Positions 10,967-21,237 of a DNA stretch of 61,973 nt are shown here, one piece after another. The notes under the pieces are model-generated. The model did no database searches, was not told the origin of the DNA, and saw nothing but the letters and a program-made list of their open reading frames with translations. The stretch comes from Flavobacteriales bacterium (lineage in GTDB: Bacteria; Bacteroidota; Bacteroidia; Flavobacteriales; JADGDT01), in contig JAGLEB010000091.1 of NCBI GenBank assembly GCA_023145275.1, forward strand, positions 1 through 61,973, read 5' to 3'. The position numbers and the translations under genes were made by a program. The first letter of the stretch is position 1, and every line of letters starts with the position of its first letter.

Positions 10967-12091
10967 TTAATCAACTACGAATAGATCTGATGTTATCCCA
11001 TCTGTTTGAAATCTTGCAGCTTCAGATATTAAGACGACATCTCCTTTCTTAACTAATTTTCCGTTTTTAAGCATATCATCAACCTTAGTCAATAACTCTC
11101 TATAGAATTCTTCTCCATAATCATTAAGAACTCTATCCAAAGATACTCCCCAAATTGTTCTTAATCCAGTCATTAAATACTCATTAAAACTATCTGTCGC
11201 CGTTAAAACTTCAGCCTCGAAATATGAATTAGACCTCAAGCCCTCTAAGTACAATTTGTTATTTGCTAGATTCCACCTACGCGACTGTCCATTAAAAGAA
11301 TGAGCAGACGGGCCTACCCCAAGATACTTCTCACCCTGCCAATAGGAGCTATTGTGTCTCGAAAAATAATTTTCTTTTCCAAAGTTTGATATTTCATACT
11401 GAATAAATCCATGTTTCTTTGTTTCATCAATCAAAACCTTAAAATCACTAAGAGCTTTCTCGTCTGAAACATTTGGGTATTTTCCACTTTTTATTAACTT
11501 ATTTAATGGTGTTTTATCCTCAACAGTAAGAGCGTATGCCGAAATATGTGGCACTCCCAACTCAAAAGCCCTATTTAAATTATACCGCCAATCTTGCTCA
11601 CTCTGATTTGGTACACCATAAATAAGATCAATTGTAATATTATCCCATCCTGCATCCTTGATCAATGAAATACACTCTTCAGCCTGATTTTTATCGTGAG
11701 CCCTATTCATAAACTCTAAATCTTTCTGATGAAAAGATTGGATACCAACACTAAATCTGTTAATCGCTGTTTTCTTTAACTCTTTTAACTTCTCCACATT
11801 TATATCATCCGGATTAGCTTCGATGGTAATTTCTGGTTCCTCGATTACATCATAGTTCTGGTACACAGCATCCAAAATCTTAACAATATCAGTACTTGCA
11901 ATAACTGTTGGTGTTCCCCCTCCAAAATAAATTGTCTTTACTTCTTCAGTAATTTCAGTTTTTCTTGTCTCTAGCTCAAAAATAATCGCATTAATTATAG
12001 CATCCTTATTCTTTAAAGACGTAGTAAAGTGAAAATCGCAGTAATAGCAACGTTGTTTACAAAATGGTATATGAATGTATATGCCAGCCAT
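10967..12091 (-). CDS. hemW: Radical SAM heme chaperone HemW (coproporphyrinogen III oxidase-like)
   Basis: IYIHIPFCKQRCYYCDF CxxxCxxC radical-SAM motif. Length of 374 aa fits. Confidence 0.9.
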   Translation of the reverse strand: MAGIYIHIPFCKQRCYYCDFHFTTSLKNKDAIINAIIFELETRKTEITEEVKTIYFGGGTPTVIASTDIVKILDAVYQNYDVIEEPEITIEANPDDINVEKLKELKKTAINRFSVGIQSFHQKDLEFMNRAHDKNQAEECISLIKDAGWDNITIDLIYGVPNQSEQDWRYNLNRAFELGVPHISAYALTVEDKTPLNKLIKSGKYPNVSDEKALSDFKVLIDETKKHGFIQYEISNFGKENYFSRHNSSYWQGEKYLGVGPSAHSFNGQSRRWNLANNKLYLEGLRSNSYFEAEVLTATDSFNEYLMTGLRTIWGVSLDRVLNDYGEEFYRELLTKVDDMLKNGKLVKKGDVVLISEAARFQTDGITSDLFVVD

Positions 12092-12161
12092 TTCTGTTCA
12101 AGTTTATGGTTTAGTTCAAAGACAGAAGTTAATCACCATTGCCTCTATACTTTTACCTTGA

Positions 12162-13442
12162 TTAATACTGATACTTATCACCCCACATACTTTTCAAGTA
12201 ATTGCGGAGCTTATTTTCTCCTTGATTATTTCCAGGATCATAGAGTTTACTTCCAACAATCTCATCTGGCAAGTATTCTTGAACCACAAAATTATTAGGG
12301 TAAGCATGCGAATACATATAGTCCTTACCGTAATTTAAGTCCTTCATTAATTTTGTAGGAGCATTTCGCAGGTGAATAGGAATCTCTAAGTCTCCAGTTT
12401 GTTTCACCAATTGTTGTGCTTCGTTTATCGCTTGGTAAGCCGCATTTGATTTTGGAGATGAAGCCATATAAGTAACGCATTGACTCAATATAATTCTACT
12501 CTCAGGAAAACCTACAACATTTACAGCTTGAAATGTATTATTAGCGAGTAATAGCGCATTAGGATTTGCATTTCCAATATCTTCAGAAGCAAGAATCACC
12601 AGCCTACGAGCAATGAATTTCAAATCTTCGCCTCCTTCTATCATACGCGCCAACCAATAAACAGCCGCATTAGGATCTGACCCACGAATAGATTTTATAA
12701 ATGCTGAGATAATATCGTAGTGTTGTTCGCCAGTTTTGTCATAACGAACAGCTTTAGTTTGAATCTTGCTTTTCACTAAATCATTCGTAATAACAATTTT
12801 TTCTTCAGTAGAAGAATTTATTAGCAACTCAAATATATTCAATAACTTTCTACCGTCGCCTCCTGACAATCTTAACAAAGCATCGTATTCTTTTACCTCT
12901 ATATTTTTCTTCTGAATATACTCATCTTTCTCAATTGCTCTATCGAGCATTTCAACAAGATCATCTTTTGTAAACGGATTAAGAGTATATACTTGGCTCC
13001 TTGATAAAAGGGCCGGAATAACCTCAAAACTCGGATTTTCGGTGGTAGCACCAATTAACGTCACCCACCCTTTCTCGACAGCACCAAGTAGTGAGTCTTG
13101 CTGTGATTTACTAAAACGGTGAATCTCGTCAATAAACAAAATAGGATTTTTCATTGTAAAAAGTCCGGATGATCTCTTGGCTTTATCTATAACTTCACGA
13201 ATATCCTTCACCCCCGAATTTATTGCGGAAAGCGAAAAGAATGGTCGTTTTGATTGTTCAGAAATAATCTGAGCGAGAGTAGTTTTTCCTGTCCCAGGAG
13301 GACCCCAAAAAATCATTGATGGTATCATACCACTAGCTAATATCTGACGTAAAACTCCATTTTGTCCGACTAAATGATCCTGACTAATATAATCGTCAAG
13401 TGTTTTTGGACGTAATCGTTCTGCGAGTGGTTGATTGTTCAT
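12162..13442 (-). CDS. rarA: Replication-associated recombination protein A (AAA+ ATPase)
   Basis: LAERLRPKTLDDYISQDHLVG, Walker A motif GPPGTGKTT, and the MgsA C-terminal region. Confidence 0.9.
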   Translation of the reverse strand: MNNQPLAERLRPKTLDDYISQDHLVGQNGVLRQILASGMIPSMIFWGPPGTGKTTLAQIISEQSKRPFFSLSAINSGVKDIREVIDKAKRSSGLFTMKNPILFIDEIHRFSKSQQDSLLGAVEKGWVTLIGATTENPSFEVIPALLSRSQVYTLNPFTKDDLVEMLDRAIEKDEYIQKKNIEVKEYDALLRLSGGDGRKLLNIFELLINSSTEEKIVITNDLVKSKIQTKAVRYDKTGEQHYDIISAFIKSIRGSDPNAAVYWLARMIEGGEDLKFIARRLVILASEDIGNANPNALLLANNTFQAVNVVGFPESRIILSQCVTYMASSPKSNAAYQAINEAQQLVKQTGDLEIPIHLRNAPTKLMKDLNYGKDYMYSHAYPNNFVVQEYLPDEIVGSKLYDPGNNQGENKLRNYLKSMWGDKYQY

Positions 13443-13569
13443 TCTTTGTTTAAGTGCTTAAAGGGTGAATTATACCAAATACTTAACAGTTTTAAAAGTT
13501 AAATATTTTAGATTGTAAAAATATAAAAGAAAAGTATCTTTGAGATGATTATACTAGATAAATCCTCAA

Positions 13570-14343
13570 ATGACTAACGAGATTCAACATAACAACAATT
13601 CATACTTCACAATACCTTTATATTTTGTGTTACTCCTATGGATAATAAAGTGGGCTGAATACAAGTTTGGTTTCGATTTAGGATTTCTAGGGGTGAAACC
13701 TCATGATATTTATGGCCTAAAGGGAATATTATTTTCACCTTTAATTCACGGTGATACTGGGCACCTTTTCAACAATTCTATCCCTTTATTTGTACTGTCG
13801 ATGGCTTTATTTTATTTCTACAAGCCTATTGCTTGGCGAGTATTATTATTATCGTGGCTTTTTAGCGGCTTAGCTACATGGCTAATAGGAAGAGAGAATA
13901 CTTATCACATAGGAGCAAGTGGAATAATTTACGCCATGGCCTCTTTCCTATTTTTCAGTGGTGTAATCAGAAAGCATCCTAAATTAATGGCGATATCGCT
14001 AATAGTCACTTTTTTGTATGGAAGTATGGTTTGGGGTATCTTCCCAAATGAGGTAAGAATATCTTGGGAAGGACATCTTTCTGGCGCTTTGGTAGGCCTA
14101 TTGCTTGCCGTAATATTTAGGAAAATTGGACCTAGGAAAAAAATATATCACTGGGAAGAAGAAAAAGAACTCAGCGAAGACGAAAAGTACTTGGAAGATT
14201 TAGCACTACGAGCTGGTGAAAATTACAGTGAGAAACAAGATAAAGAAGAGGAGACGAATGTTGAGAAAGCAATAAATACAACAGGAAACGATTCAATCAA
14301 CAAACCAGTAATATACCACTACAAGCCTAAGAAAGAAGAATAA
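13570..14343 (+). CDS. Rhomboid family intramembrane serine protease
   Basis: Multi-TM protein with GASGIIYA (catalytic Ser) and a downstream GHLSGALVG (catalytic His). Confidence 0.8.
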   Translation: MTNEIQHNNNSYFTIPLYFVLLLWIIKWAEYKFGFDLGFLGVKPHDIYGLKGILFSPLIHGDTGHLFNNSIPLFVLSMALFYFYKPIAWRVLLLSWLFSGLATWLIGRENTYHIGASGIIYAMASFLFFSGVIRKHPKLMAISLIVTFLYGSMVWGIFPNEVRISWEGHLSGALVGLLLAVIFRKIGPRKKIYHWEEEKELSEDEKYLEDLALRAGENYSEKQDKEEETNVEKAINTTGNDSINKPVIYHYKPKKEE

Positions 14344-15119
14344 ATTTTTTCTACAATATCATTTTTTACAGAAAACTTAATATCTTCAATGCTCAAAATT
14401 GGCAGAACAATCATAGATGTACTAGTAAGGAAAGCACTTTCATAATCAGATATATCGTCAAGTCTTATATCCTTTTCAACCACCTCAACATCAATAGAGT
14501 TCGCAATTTCGATAACCTTTTGTCGTGTAATTCCATTTAGAACTTTCTCTACTTTTGAGGTGTAAATCATATTTCCTTCAACAAAAAACACATTCGACCG
14601 GCTTCCTTCGGTTATTAGCCTATTAGAATCAACTAATAACACTTCAAACAAATCATCACTAATAATCTTTTTATTTGCTACTTCTCTTATTTCACTATTG
14701 GCGATCTTAGCATTTGGATCTTCCCTCTCACCAAAACACAAGCCCACTTTCACACCATCTTTGTGTTGTATTACTGTAGGAAATATAGGTTTCACAAAAT
14801 ACAACAAATAGTATTCTAACTTAGAACCTGAATAAACTAGGTCAAGCCGAATATTATTCTTTGTGAAAGTATTTACACTAGCGAGTTTCTCAACATCCAA
14901 TAACAATTCAGTCTCACTAGGTACGTTATCACTCTCCAATACTTTCAACTCTATAGATTTAATCAACCTATCATAGTGTTCCAAAAAGAAAATAGCACTA
15001 TTGTTTTCCCAAGTAAAAACTTCGTAAACAACAGTACTATCTTTTGCTCTTAACATTGATGATTGATCATCTATCCCGTGTAATTTTCCACTAAAAATAT
15101 AATAATCGCCAATCATCAT
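14319..15119 (-). CDS. Aminotransferase class IV family protein
   Basis: EGSRSNVFFV motif and size are typical of the class IV fold (branched-chain or ADC-lyase type). Substrate not assignable. Confidence 0.65.
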   Translation of the reverse strand: MMIGDYYIFSGKLHGIDDQSSMLRAKDSTVVYEVFTWENNSAIFFLEHYDRLIKSIELKVLESDNVPSETELLLDVEKLASVNTFTKNNIRLDLVYSGSKLEYYLLYFVKPIFPTVIQHKDGVKVGLCFGEREDPNAKIANSEIREVANKKIISDDLFEVLLVDSNRLITEGSRSNVFFVEGNMIYTSKVEKVLNGITRQKVIEIANSIDVEVVEKDIRLDDISDYESAFLTSTSMIVLPILSIEDIKFSVKNDIVEKIYSSFLGL

Positions 15120-15128
15120 AAAAACTAT

Positions 15129-15896
15129 TTATCTTCTTTGTCTAACTACTTCATACAATACAGCACCACAAGCAACAGACACATTAAGAGACTTTATCTC
15201 TCCAAGTATTGGAAGTTTTGCTTTTCGATCTGCAATTTTTTGCATGCCCAAAGTAATTCCTTTCTCCTCGTTGCCTACCACTATAGCTGTAGGCCCCTTC
15301 ATATCTACATCGTAAATAAAGTCATTTGATTTTTCTGTCGCCGCAATAACCTGTATCCCTGAAGATTGCATGTAATAAACAGTATCTTTTAGATTGTCCA
15401 CCTTACAAATAGGCACATTAAAAATAGCTCCAGTTGCTGTTTTCATAGCATCGGCACTTACGGGAGCTGAGCCCTGCTTAGGTATAATAATTCCATTCAC
15501 GCCAGTACACTCTGCAGTACGAACTATAGCTCCAAAATTACGGACATCAGTTATTTGATCGAGTATAACAAAAAGAGGATTTGCTCCACTTTCTTGAGTC
15601 TGTAGGACTAATTCGTCTAAAGAAATAAATTCCACAGGCGAAATAAACGCAAAAACACCTTGATGAGTTTTTCGGGTCAATCTATTTAATTTTTCAACAG
15701 GAACCGTTTTCGACTCAATTTCGTGTTTATCTATTAAAACTCTTAGCTCACTAATCAAATCGCCTTTAAGACCTTTTTGTATAAATACTCTATCAAAAGT
15801 AACTCCAGCTTTTATCCCTTCTATTACAGGACGTATTCCAAAAAGTGATTCAGTTTCGATTCTTCCTTTCTCTGCCATTTTAAAAAATTTTCTCAA
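15129..15896 (-). CDS. rlmB: 23S rRNA (guanosine-2'-O)-methyltransferase RlmB (SpoU/TrmH family)
   Basis: SpoU-substrate-binding N-terminal domain plus SPOUT motifs (NFGAIVRTAE, VGNEEKG, LNVSVACG). Alternative start at 15878. Confidence 0.85.
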   Translation of the reverse strand: MRKFFKMAEKGRIETESLFGIRPVIEGIKAGVTFDRVFIQKGLKGDLISELRVLIDKHEIESKTVPVEKLNRLTRKTHQGVFAFISPVEFISLDELVLQTQESGANPLFVILDQITDVRNFGAIVRTAECTGVNGIIIPKQGSAPVSADAMKTATGAIFNVPICKVDNLKDTVYYMQSSGIQVIAATEKSNDFIYDVDMKGPTAIVVGNEEKGITLGMQKIADRKAKLPILGEIKSLNVSVACGAVLYEVVRQRR

Positions 15897-15924
15897 AGGT
15901 AGTTTATTTCACTTCAATTATAAA

Positions 15925-15956
15925 CAAAAAAAAGCACCCTATAGTATAGGATGCTT
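15925..15956 (-). terminator. Rho-independent terminator after rplY
   Basis: Minus-strand stem AGCATCCTATA / TATAGGGTGCT followed by TTTTTTTT. Confidence 0.7.
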
Positions 15957-15983
15957 CTCGGTATCATAAAAAAACAGTTTTGA

Positions 15984-16589
15984 CTATTCTGCTGCTGCTT
16001 CTCCTTCTTCTTCTTCACCTTCTTCTGATGAATCTTTTGTTGCGTTTCTTGACATTTTAACTTGAGCAACAACTACATTATCAGAGTGCATGATAGTATA
16101 AGCATCGTTTCTCAATTCAGAAACTAATAATTTACCACCAATTTTAAGTTCAGAAATATCAGCTACTACAACCTCTGGAAGGTTAGCTGGTAAAGCTTTA
16201 ATTTTAAGTTTACGTAAGTTATGACGTAAAGATCCTCCGCCCACTACACCAACAGCGTTTCCTGTTAGAGTAACTGGGATCTCCATAGTTAAATCCTTAT
16301 CTTCAAACAATTGATAAAAATCAATGTGAAGAATAGCGTCAGTTAAAGGGTGAAACTGAATATCCTGCAATACAGCATGAATAGGTTCTTGTCCTTCTAA
16401 TTCAATGTTTGCAACTACAGCATCTGCAGTGTAAACAAGGTTTCTGAAAGATTTAGATGGTGCTGCAAATTGTACAGAAGTTTCTCCTCCGTAAACAACA
16501 CAAGGTACCTGCTCAGCATTACGTAGTGCTTTTGTAGCTCTCTTTCCTACGCTTTCTCTTACCTGGCCTTTAATTGTTATCGACTTCAT
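15984..16589 (-). CDS. rplY: 50S ribosomal protein L25 / general stress protein Ctc
   Basis: [25 protein letters not shown]-terminus and an acidic C-terminal tail. Confidence 0.9.
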   Translation of the reverse strand: MKSITIKGQVRESVGKRATKALRNAEQVPCVVYGGETSVQFAAPSKSFRNLVYTADAVVANIELEGQEPIHAVLQDIQFHPLTDAILHIDFYQLFEDKDLTMEIPVTLTGNAVGVVGGGSLRHNLRKLKIKALPANLPEVVVADISELKIGGKLLVSELRNDAYTIMHSDNVVVAQVKMSRNATKDSSEEGEEEEGEAAAE

Positions 16590-16622
16590 TCGAATAAATA
16601 TATATAATTAATAAAAAAATAC

Positions 16623-17570
16623 TTACATAATAAATTTATCACTGATAGACTCATGGCTGTGAACACGCTTCATAACATCAGCAAATAAAGGGGCGCAAGA
16701 TAGCACTTTTATTTTACTATTCTCTTCTTTTAATGACAGAGTATTAGTTACTATCAATTCTTCCAATACAGAGTTGCGAATACGATCATGTGCAGGCCCC
16801 GACAAAATAGGGTGTGTTATCATAGCACGTACGCTTTTAGCTCCTTTTTCCATCATCATTTCGGCAGCCTTAACGATAGTCCCTCCAGTATCAATCATAT
16901 CGTCAACTAATACAACATTTTTACCTGTTACGTCTCCGATAAGTTCCATTGTACCAATAACATTAGCTTTTTCGCGTTGTTTATAACAAACAACTACATC
17001 AGACTTCATGCGTTTTGCATAAGCATGTGCTCTTTTCGAACCACCCATGTCAGGCGATGCAATAGTTAAATCATCAAGATCTAAGCTATCCAAATAAGGC
17101 ATAAAAATAGTTGAGGCAAAAAGGTGATCTACAGGAATCTCGAAGAAACCTTGAATTTGATCGGCATGAAGATCCATTGTCATCACACGTGTTGCTCCAG
17201 CAGCCATCAACAAATTAGCTACCATCTTCGCTCCAATCGGGACTCTAGGCTTGTCTTTTCTATCTTGACGGGCCCACCCAAAATAAGGCATAACAATGGT
17301 AATATGTTTAGCTGATGCGCGCTTAGCAGCGTCAATCATCAATAACAATTCCATTAAATTATCTGATGGCGGATTTGTAGATGCTATTAGAAAAACACGT
17401 CCTCCTCGAACAGTTTCTTCGTAAGAAGGTTGAAATTCACCATCGCTAAATTCAGAGATAGCAACATTTCCAAGCTCTTTACCATAATTCTTCGCAATTT
17501 CTTTAGCGAGTTTCATGCTACCTCTAGCAGCAAATAATTTTGGGTCTGGCTCAACAGGAATAACTGACAT
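16623..17570 (-). CDS. prs: Ribose-phosphate pyrophosphokinase
   Basis: VVLVDDMIDTGGT PRPP-binding loop and YFGWARQDRK motif. Confidence 0.95.
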   Translation of the reverse strand: MSVIPVEPDPKLFAARGSMKLAKEIAKNYGKELGNVAISEFSDGEFQPSYEETVRGGRVFLIASTNPPSDNLMELLLMIDAAKRASAKHITIVMPYFGWARQDRKDKPRVPIGAKMVANLLMAAGATRVMTMDLHADQIQGFFEIPVDHLFASTIFMPYLDSLDLDDLTIASPDMGGSKRAHAYAKRMKSDVVVCYKQREKANVIGTMELIGDVTGKNVVLVDDMIDTGGTIVKAAEMMMEKGAKSVRAMITHPILSGPAHDRIRNSVLEELIVTNTLSLKEENSKIKVLSCAPLFADVMKRVHSHESISDKFIM

Positions 17571-17753
17571 TTTATAATATTATAAATTTGTTATAAATTC
17601 TGCAACACTCTACAATTTAGCGAAAGTTTGCACCTACTTCATAATTTGCAAATTTAGTTATTCTTTTTTTAGAATGGAAATATATTATTGCAGTAGTATT
17701 TATTAAATTGCATATCGATAATTCTTCATTAATTTAGATTAAAAATAAGCATT

Positions 17754-20700
17754 ATGCTAAAAAATAAACTTCCAGAGATAGAATCATATCAGTTTGGCGA
17801 GGTGGCATTTAAAAGATTAATGCAAAACCGTATATATAAAGTTTTGATAATTTGCTCGAATTACGATTACTACATGCTCGAAGAGGATGGAAGGATTGAC
17901 GAACAAATTTTCAATGAGTATATAGCGCTAAACCTAAGATATCCTCCAACTTTTTTGCACGCCAATTCCGGAAAAAGAGCTTTAAGCATTCTCGAAACAG
18001 AAAAAATTGACCTTGTTATTACTTGGCTTGATGCTGGAAGCAACAGATCTTTTGAAGTTGCTGGAAGAATAAAGGAGTTTCACCCCAACGTACCAATAGC
18101 TGCATTGAGCCATTATTCAACTGAGCTACGTGAAAGATTAGACCTAGAGGATACTAGATTTATTGATTTTGTGTTTCATTGGAATGGAAATATAGATATT
18201 TTCCTTGCCATAATTAAACTTGTAGAGGATTCTTTGAATGCTGAGAGAGATATGCTGGGCGTAGGAGTACAAGCTATTCTATTAGTTGAAGACTCTCTGA
18301 GATTCTACTCTCATTACCTCCCAAATTTTTACAGAATCATCCTAAAACAAGCACGATCGTTTATGGTAGAAGGCTTAAACGAACACCGTGCTATGATGCT
18401 GATGAGAGGTAGACCAAAAATATTGTTGGCTACAAATTATGAAGACGGTGTTGCTTATTACGAAAAATACAAACACAACTTATTGGGTGTAATTTCAGAC
18501 GTCAGCTATTTCAAAGATGGAGTAAAAGATACTAAAGCTGGATTTCTTCTAGCAAAACATGTTAGAAAAGATGACAAATACTTTCCTTTTCTACTACAAT
18601 CTTCTGATATAAAAAATGGTGATTTAGCGGAAAATCAAGGCATTAAATTTCTTTACAAACACTCCGAGAGCCTCTTAATTGAGCTCTCTAAATTTATTAC
18701 AGAGTATTTTTCATTTGGAAACTTCGAATTCTGGGATCCACAACAAAAAAAAATAGTAGGTATTGCTACCGACCTTAAAAGTTTACAGAAAAAGATTAAG
18801 ATAGTATCGATGGAGTCAATAGTATACCACGCTAAAAGAAACTCTTTTTCTAAATGGTTAAAATCAAGAGCACTATTCCCTATTGCCAACCTATTTAGCA
18901 AGATAGAATTTGAAGATTTTGACGAGAATGATCACATAAGAGAATATCTTGTTGAGGCCATAAAAACTTGTAGAATTTTCAGAGCTAGAGGTGTAATTGC
19001 TAAATTCAACAAATACAACTACGATGAATATTTAGGCTTTGCAAGAATTGGTGAAGGTGCACTTGGAGGAAAAGGCCGTGGACTTGCATTTGTAGATTCC
19101 TTCCTAAAAAGACACATGCTATTTTCTAAATACCCAGGAATATCTATTTCTATACCTCGTACAGTTGTTCTTAGCACCCAGGTATTTGACGAATTTATGG
19201 ATGACAACGAACTGTTTGAATTTGTAATTCAAGAAAACATTAGCGATCAAGAAGTGCTAGACATGTTCATTTCAAAAAGTCTTCCATCTTGGGTATTAGA
19301 TGATATAAAGGTATTTTTAAGTGCCTCAGAAAGGCCTATTGCAGTAAGATCATCAAGTGTTTTAGAAGATTCACACTATCAACCTTTTGCGGGTGTTTTT
19401 GCTACCTACATGATACCCTACGCTAAAGACGATATTGAAAAGATGACCGAAATGGTATCAAATGCTGTAAAATCGGTGATGGCATCAGCTTTTTATACCG
19501 AAAGTAAAGCCTATATAAAAATGACATCTCACAGTCTCGACGAAGATAAGATGGCTGTTATATTACAAGAAGTTACGGGTAAGGAATACGGTAATGTCTA
19601 CTACCCAAATGTCTCTGGAGTAGCTAGGTCTATTAATTTCTACCCTATTGGAGATGAAAAAGCAAAGGAAGGTATCGCAAATATAGCATTAGGTTTGGGA
19701 GAAATTATTGTTGGAGGAGGAAGAACATTGAGGTTCTCTCCTTATCACCCAAAGAAAGTTTTGCAGCTTACCTCTCCGGGCACAACACAAAGAGACACTC
19801 AAAAGTTCTTTTATGGTCTTGACCTCAATCCCGACAATTATAAAGTATCAACAAGCGAAGCTATTAACAAAGTTAGAATACGATTAAAACAGGCCGAAAA
19901 GCATGGATCATTAAAATTTGTAGCTTCAACCTACGACCTACAAAACAACATGATACGTCCAGGTGTTAACTACGATGGCCTTAGAGTGATCTCATTCGAT
20001 AACATCCTTAAATACAACACCTTTCCTATTGCTGAAATACTACAAGATCTATTAAAAATAGGACAAAAAGAGATGCGCAATCCTATTGAAATAGAGTTTG
20101 CAATAAATTTAGATGTTCCAAAAGGGAAAAATAGAATATTCAGTTTTCTACAGATCAGACCAATTGTAGAAAGTAACGATGTTACAAACATTGTTCCAGA
20201 AAATATGGATACTGATAAAGCTATTGTTTTCTCTAATTCGGCGCTTGGAAACGGGAAATATGAAAATATAAAAGATTTTGTTTATGTAAAACCAGAAAGC
20301 TTCAATTCAGCAGCCACTAGAGATATTGCTGAGGCTGTAAATAATATTAACAAAATATTCGAAGCAGAAGGAAAGAACTATATACTAGTAGGTCCAGGCC
20401 GATGGGGCTCGAGCGATCCTTGGTTGGGGATACCTGTAACATGGTCGCAAATATCATCTGCCAAGATAATTATAGAGTCAGGCCTTAAAGATTACAGAAT
20501 AGATCCGAGTCAAGGAACTCATTTCTTCCAAAACTTAACTTCTTTTAAAGTTGGCTATTTCACAATCAACCCATTTATTAACGATGGTGCTTACGATATA
20601 GAATACCTCAATCAAAAGAAAGCTATTTATGAGGATGAATTCATCAGACATGTAAGATTCGACGAGGCATTAACAGTAATAATTGAAGGTCGAGCAAATA

Positions 20701-20792
20701 GAGCCATAATACTAAAAGAAGGAGTAGAATTAGCCCCTAATGACGATGATGGTGATGATATGGACGAACAACCACCAGAAGGCTTCATGTAG
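17754..20792 (+). CDS. Receiver-like domains fused to a PEP/pyruvate-binding (PPDK_N ATP-grasp) domain protein
   Basis: The second module resembles a CheY receiver (ILLVEDS ... LLGVISDVSY ... FLLQSSD ... FLYKHS). GEGALGGKGRGLAFV matches the PPDK_N nucleotide-binding loop. I saw no swivel-His or PEP-utiliser C-terminal domain. Confidence 0.7.
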   Translation: MLKNKLPEIESYQFGEVAFKRLMQNRIYKVLIICSNYDYYMLEEDGRIDEQIFNEYIALNLRYPPTFLHANSGKRALSILETEKIDLVITWLDAGSNRSFEVAGRIKEFHPNVPIAALSHYSTELRERLDLEDTRFIDFVFHWNGNIDIFLAIIKLVEDSLNAERDMLGVGVQAILLVEDSLRFYSHYLPNFYRIILKQARSFMVEGLNEHRAMMLMRGRPKILLATNYEDGVAYYEKYKHNLLGVISDVSYFKDGVKDTKAGFLLAKHVRKDDKYFPFLLQSSDIKNGDLAENQGIKFLYKHSESLLIELSKFITEYFSFGNFEFWDPQQKKIVGIATDLKSLQKKIKIVSMESIVYHAKRNSFSKWLKSRALFPIANLFSKIEFEDFDENDHIREYLVEAIKTCRIFRARGVIAKFNKYNYDEYLGFARIGEGALGGKGRGLAFVDSFLKRHMLFSKYPGISISIPRTVVLSTQVFDEFMDDNELFEFVIQENISDQEVLDMFISKSLPSWVLDDIKVFLSASERPIAVRSSSVLEDSHYQPFAGVFATYMIPYAKDDIEKMTEMVSNAVKSVMASAFYTESKAYIKMTSHSLDEDKMAVILQEVTGKEYGNVYYPNVSGVARSINFYPIGDEKAKEGIANIALGLGEIIVGGGRTLRFSPYHPKKVLQLTSPGTTQRDTQKFFYGLDLNPDNYKVSTSEAINKVRIRLKQAEKHGSLKFVASTYDLQNNMIRPGVNYDGLRVISFDNILKYNTFPIAEILQDLLKIGQKEMRNPIEIEFAINLDVPKGKNRIFSFLQIRPIVESNDVTNIVPENMDTDKAIVFSNSALGNGKYENIKDFVYVKPESFNSAATRDIAEAVNNINKIFEAEGKNYILVGPGRWGSSDPWLGIPVTWSQISSAKIIIESGLKDYRIDPSQGTHFFQNLTSFKVGYFTINPFINDGAYDIEYLNQKKAIYEDEFIRHVRFDEALTVIIEGRANRAIILKEGVELAPNDDDGDDMDEQPPEGFM

Positions 20793-21237
20793 TACTTATG
20801 TATAACAAACTAGTTCTACCACGAATTTAATGGTAATACAAAATAATGTTTAAAGTAAAAAAAAAACTAAGTTAGGTTAATTAAAACAACAGTAGAACCA
20901 ACAAACTAAAGCGATAGCTGTTAAAATGATATGTAGCTTTTTCAAATAAGTCATTAACACAAAAGACTTAGCGTTCAAAATACACTTTATACCTAGTGTC
21001 TATTTTAAACAAAAAAGACATTTATTATTGCAAACTAAAAGCTACATATATACTGATCTCACTAATACTTTCAATGTGAAATCAAAAACATGTGACAACA
21101 ATCATATTAAAAACATGAATTATCGATATAGAAAGTATTGCCAATAAAATAAAACTTGTAACTTCGCATAGTTTTAATATCAAAGAATACGAGATTAAAT
21201 TATTACATAAACAATAACTGAGATTACATAAAAAATT

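Noticed and set aside
14319-14343. 25-nt convergent overlap of the rhomboid and class IV aminotransferase 3' ends
   Set aside because: Short convergent overlaps are common in compact genomes. Nothing else suggests antisense regulation.
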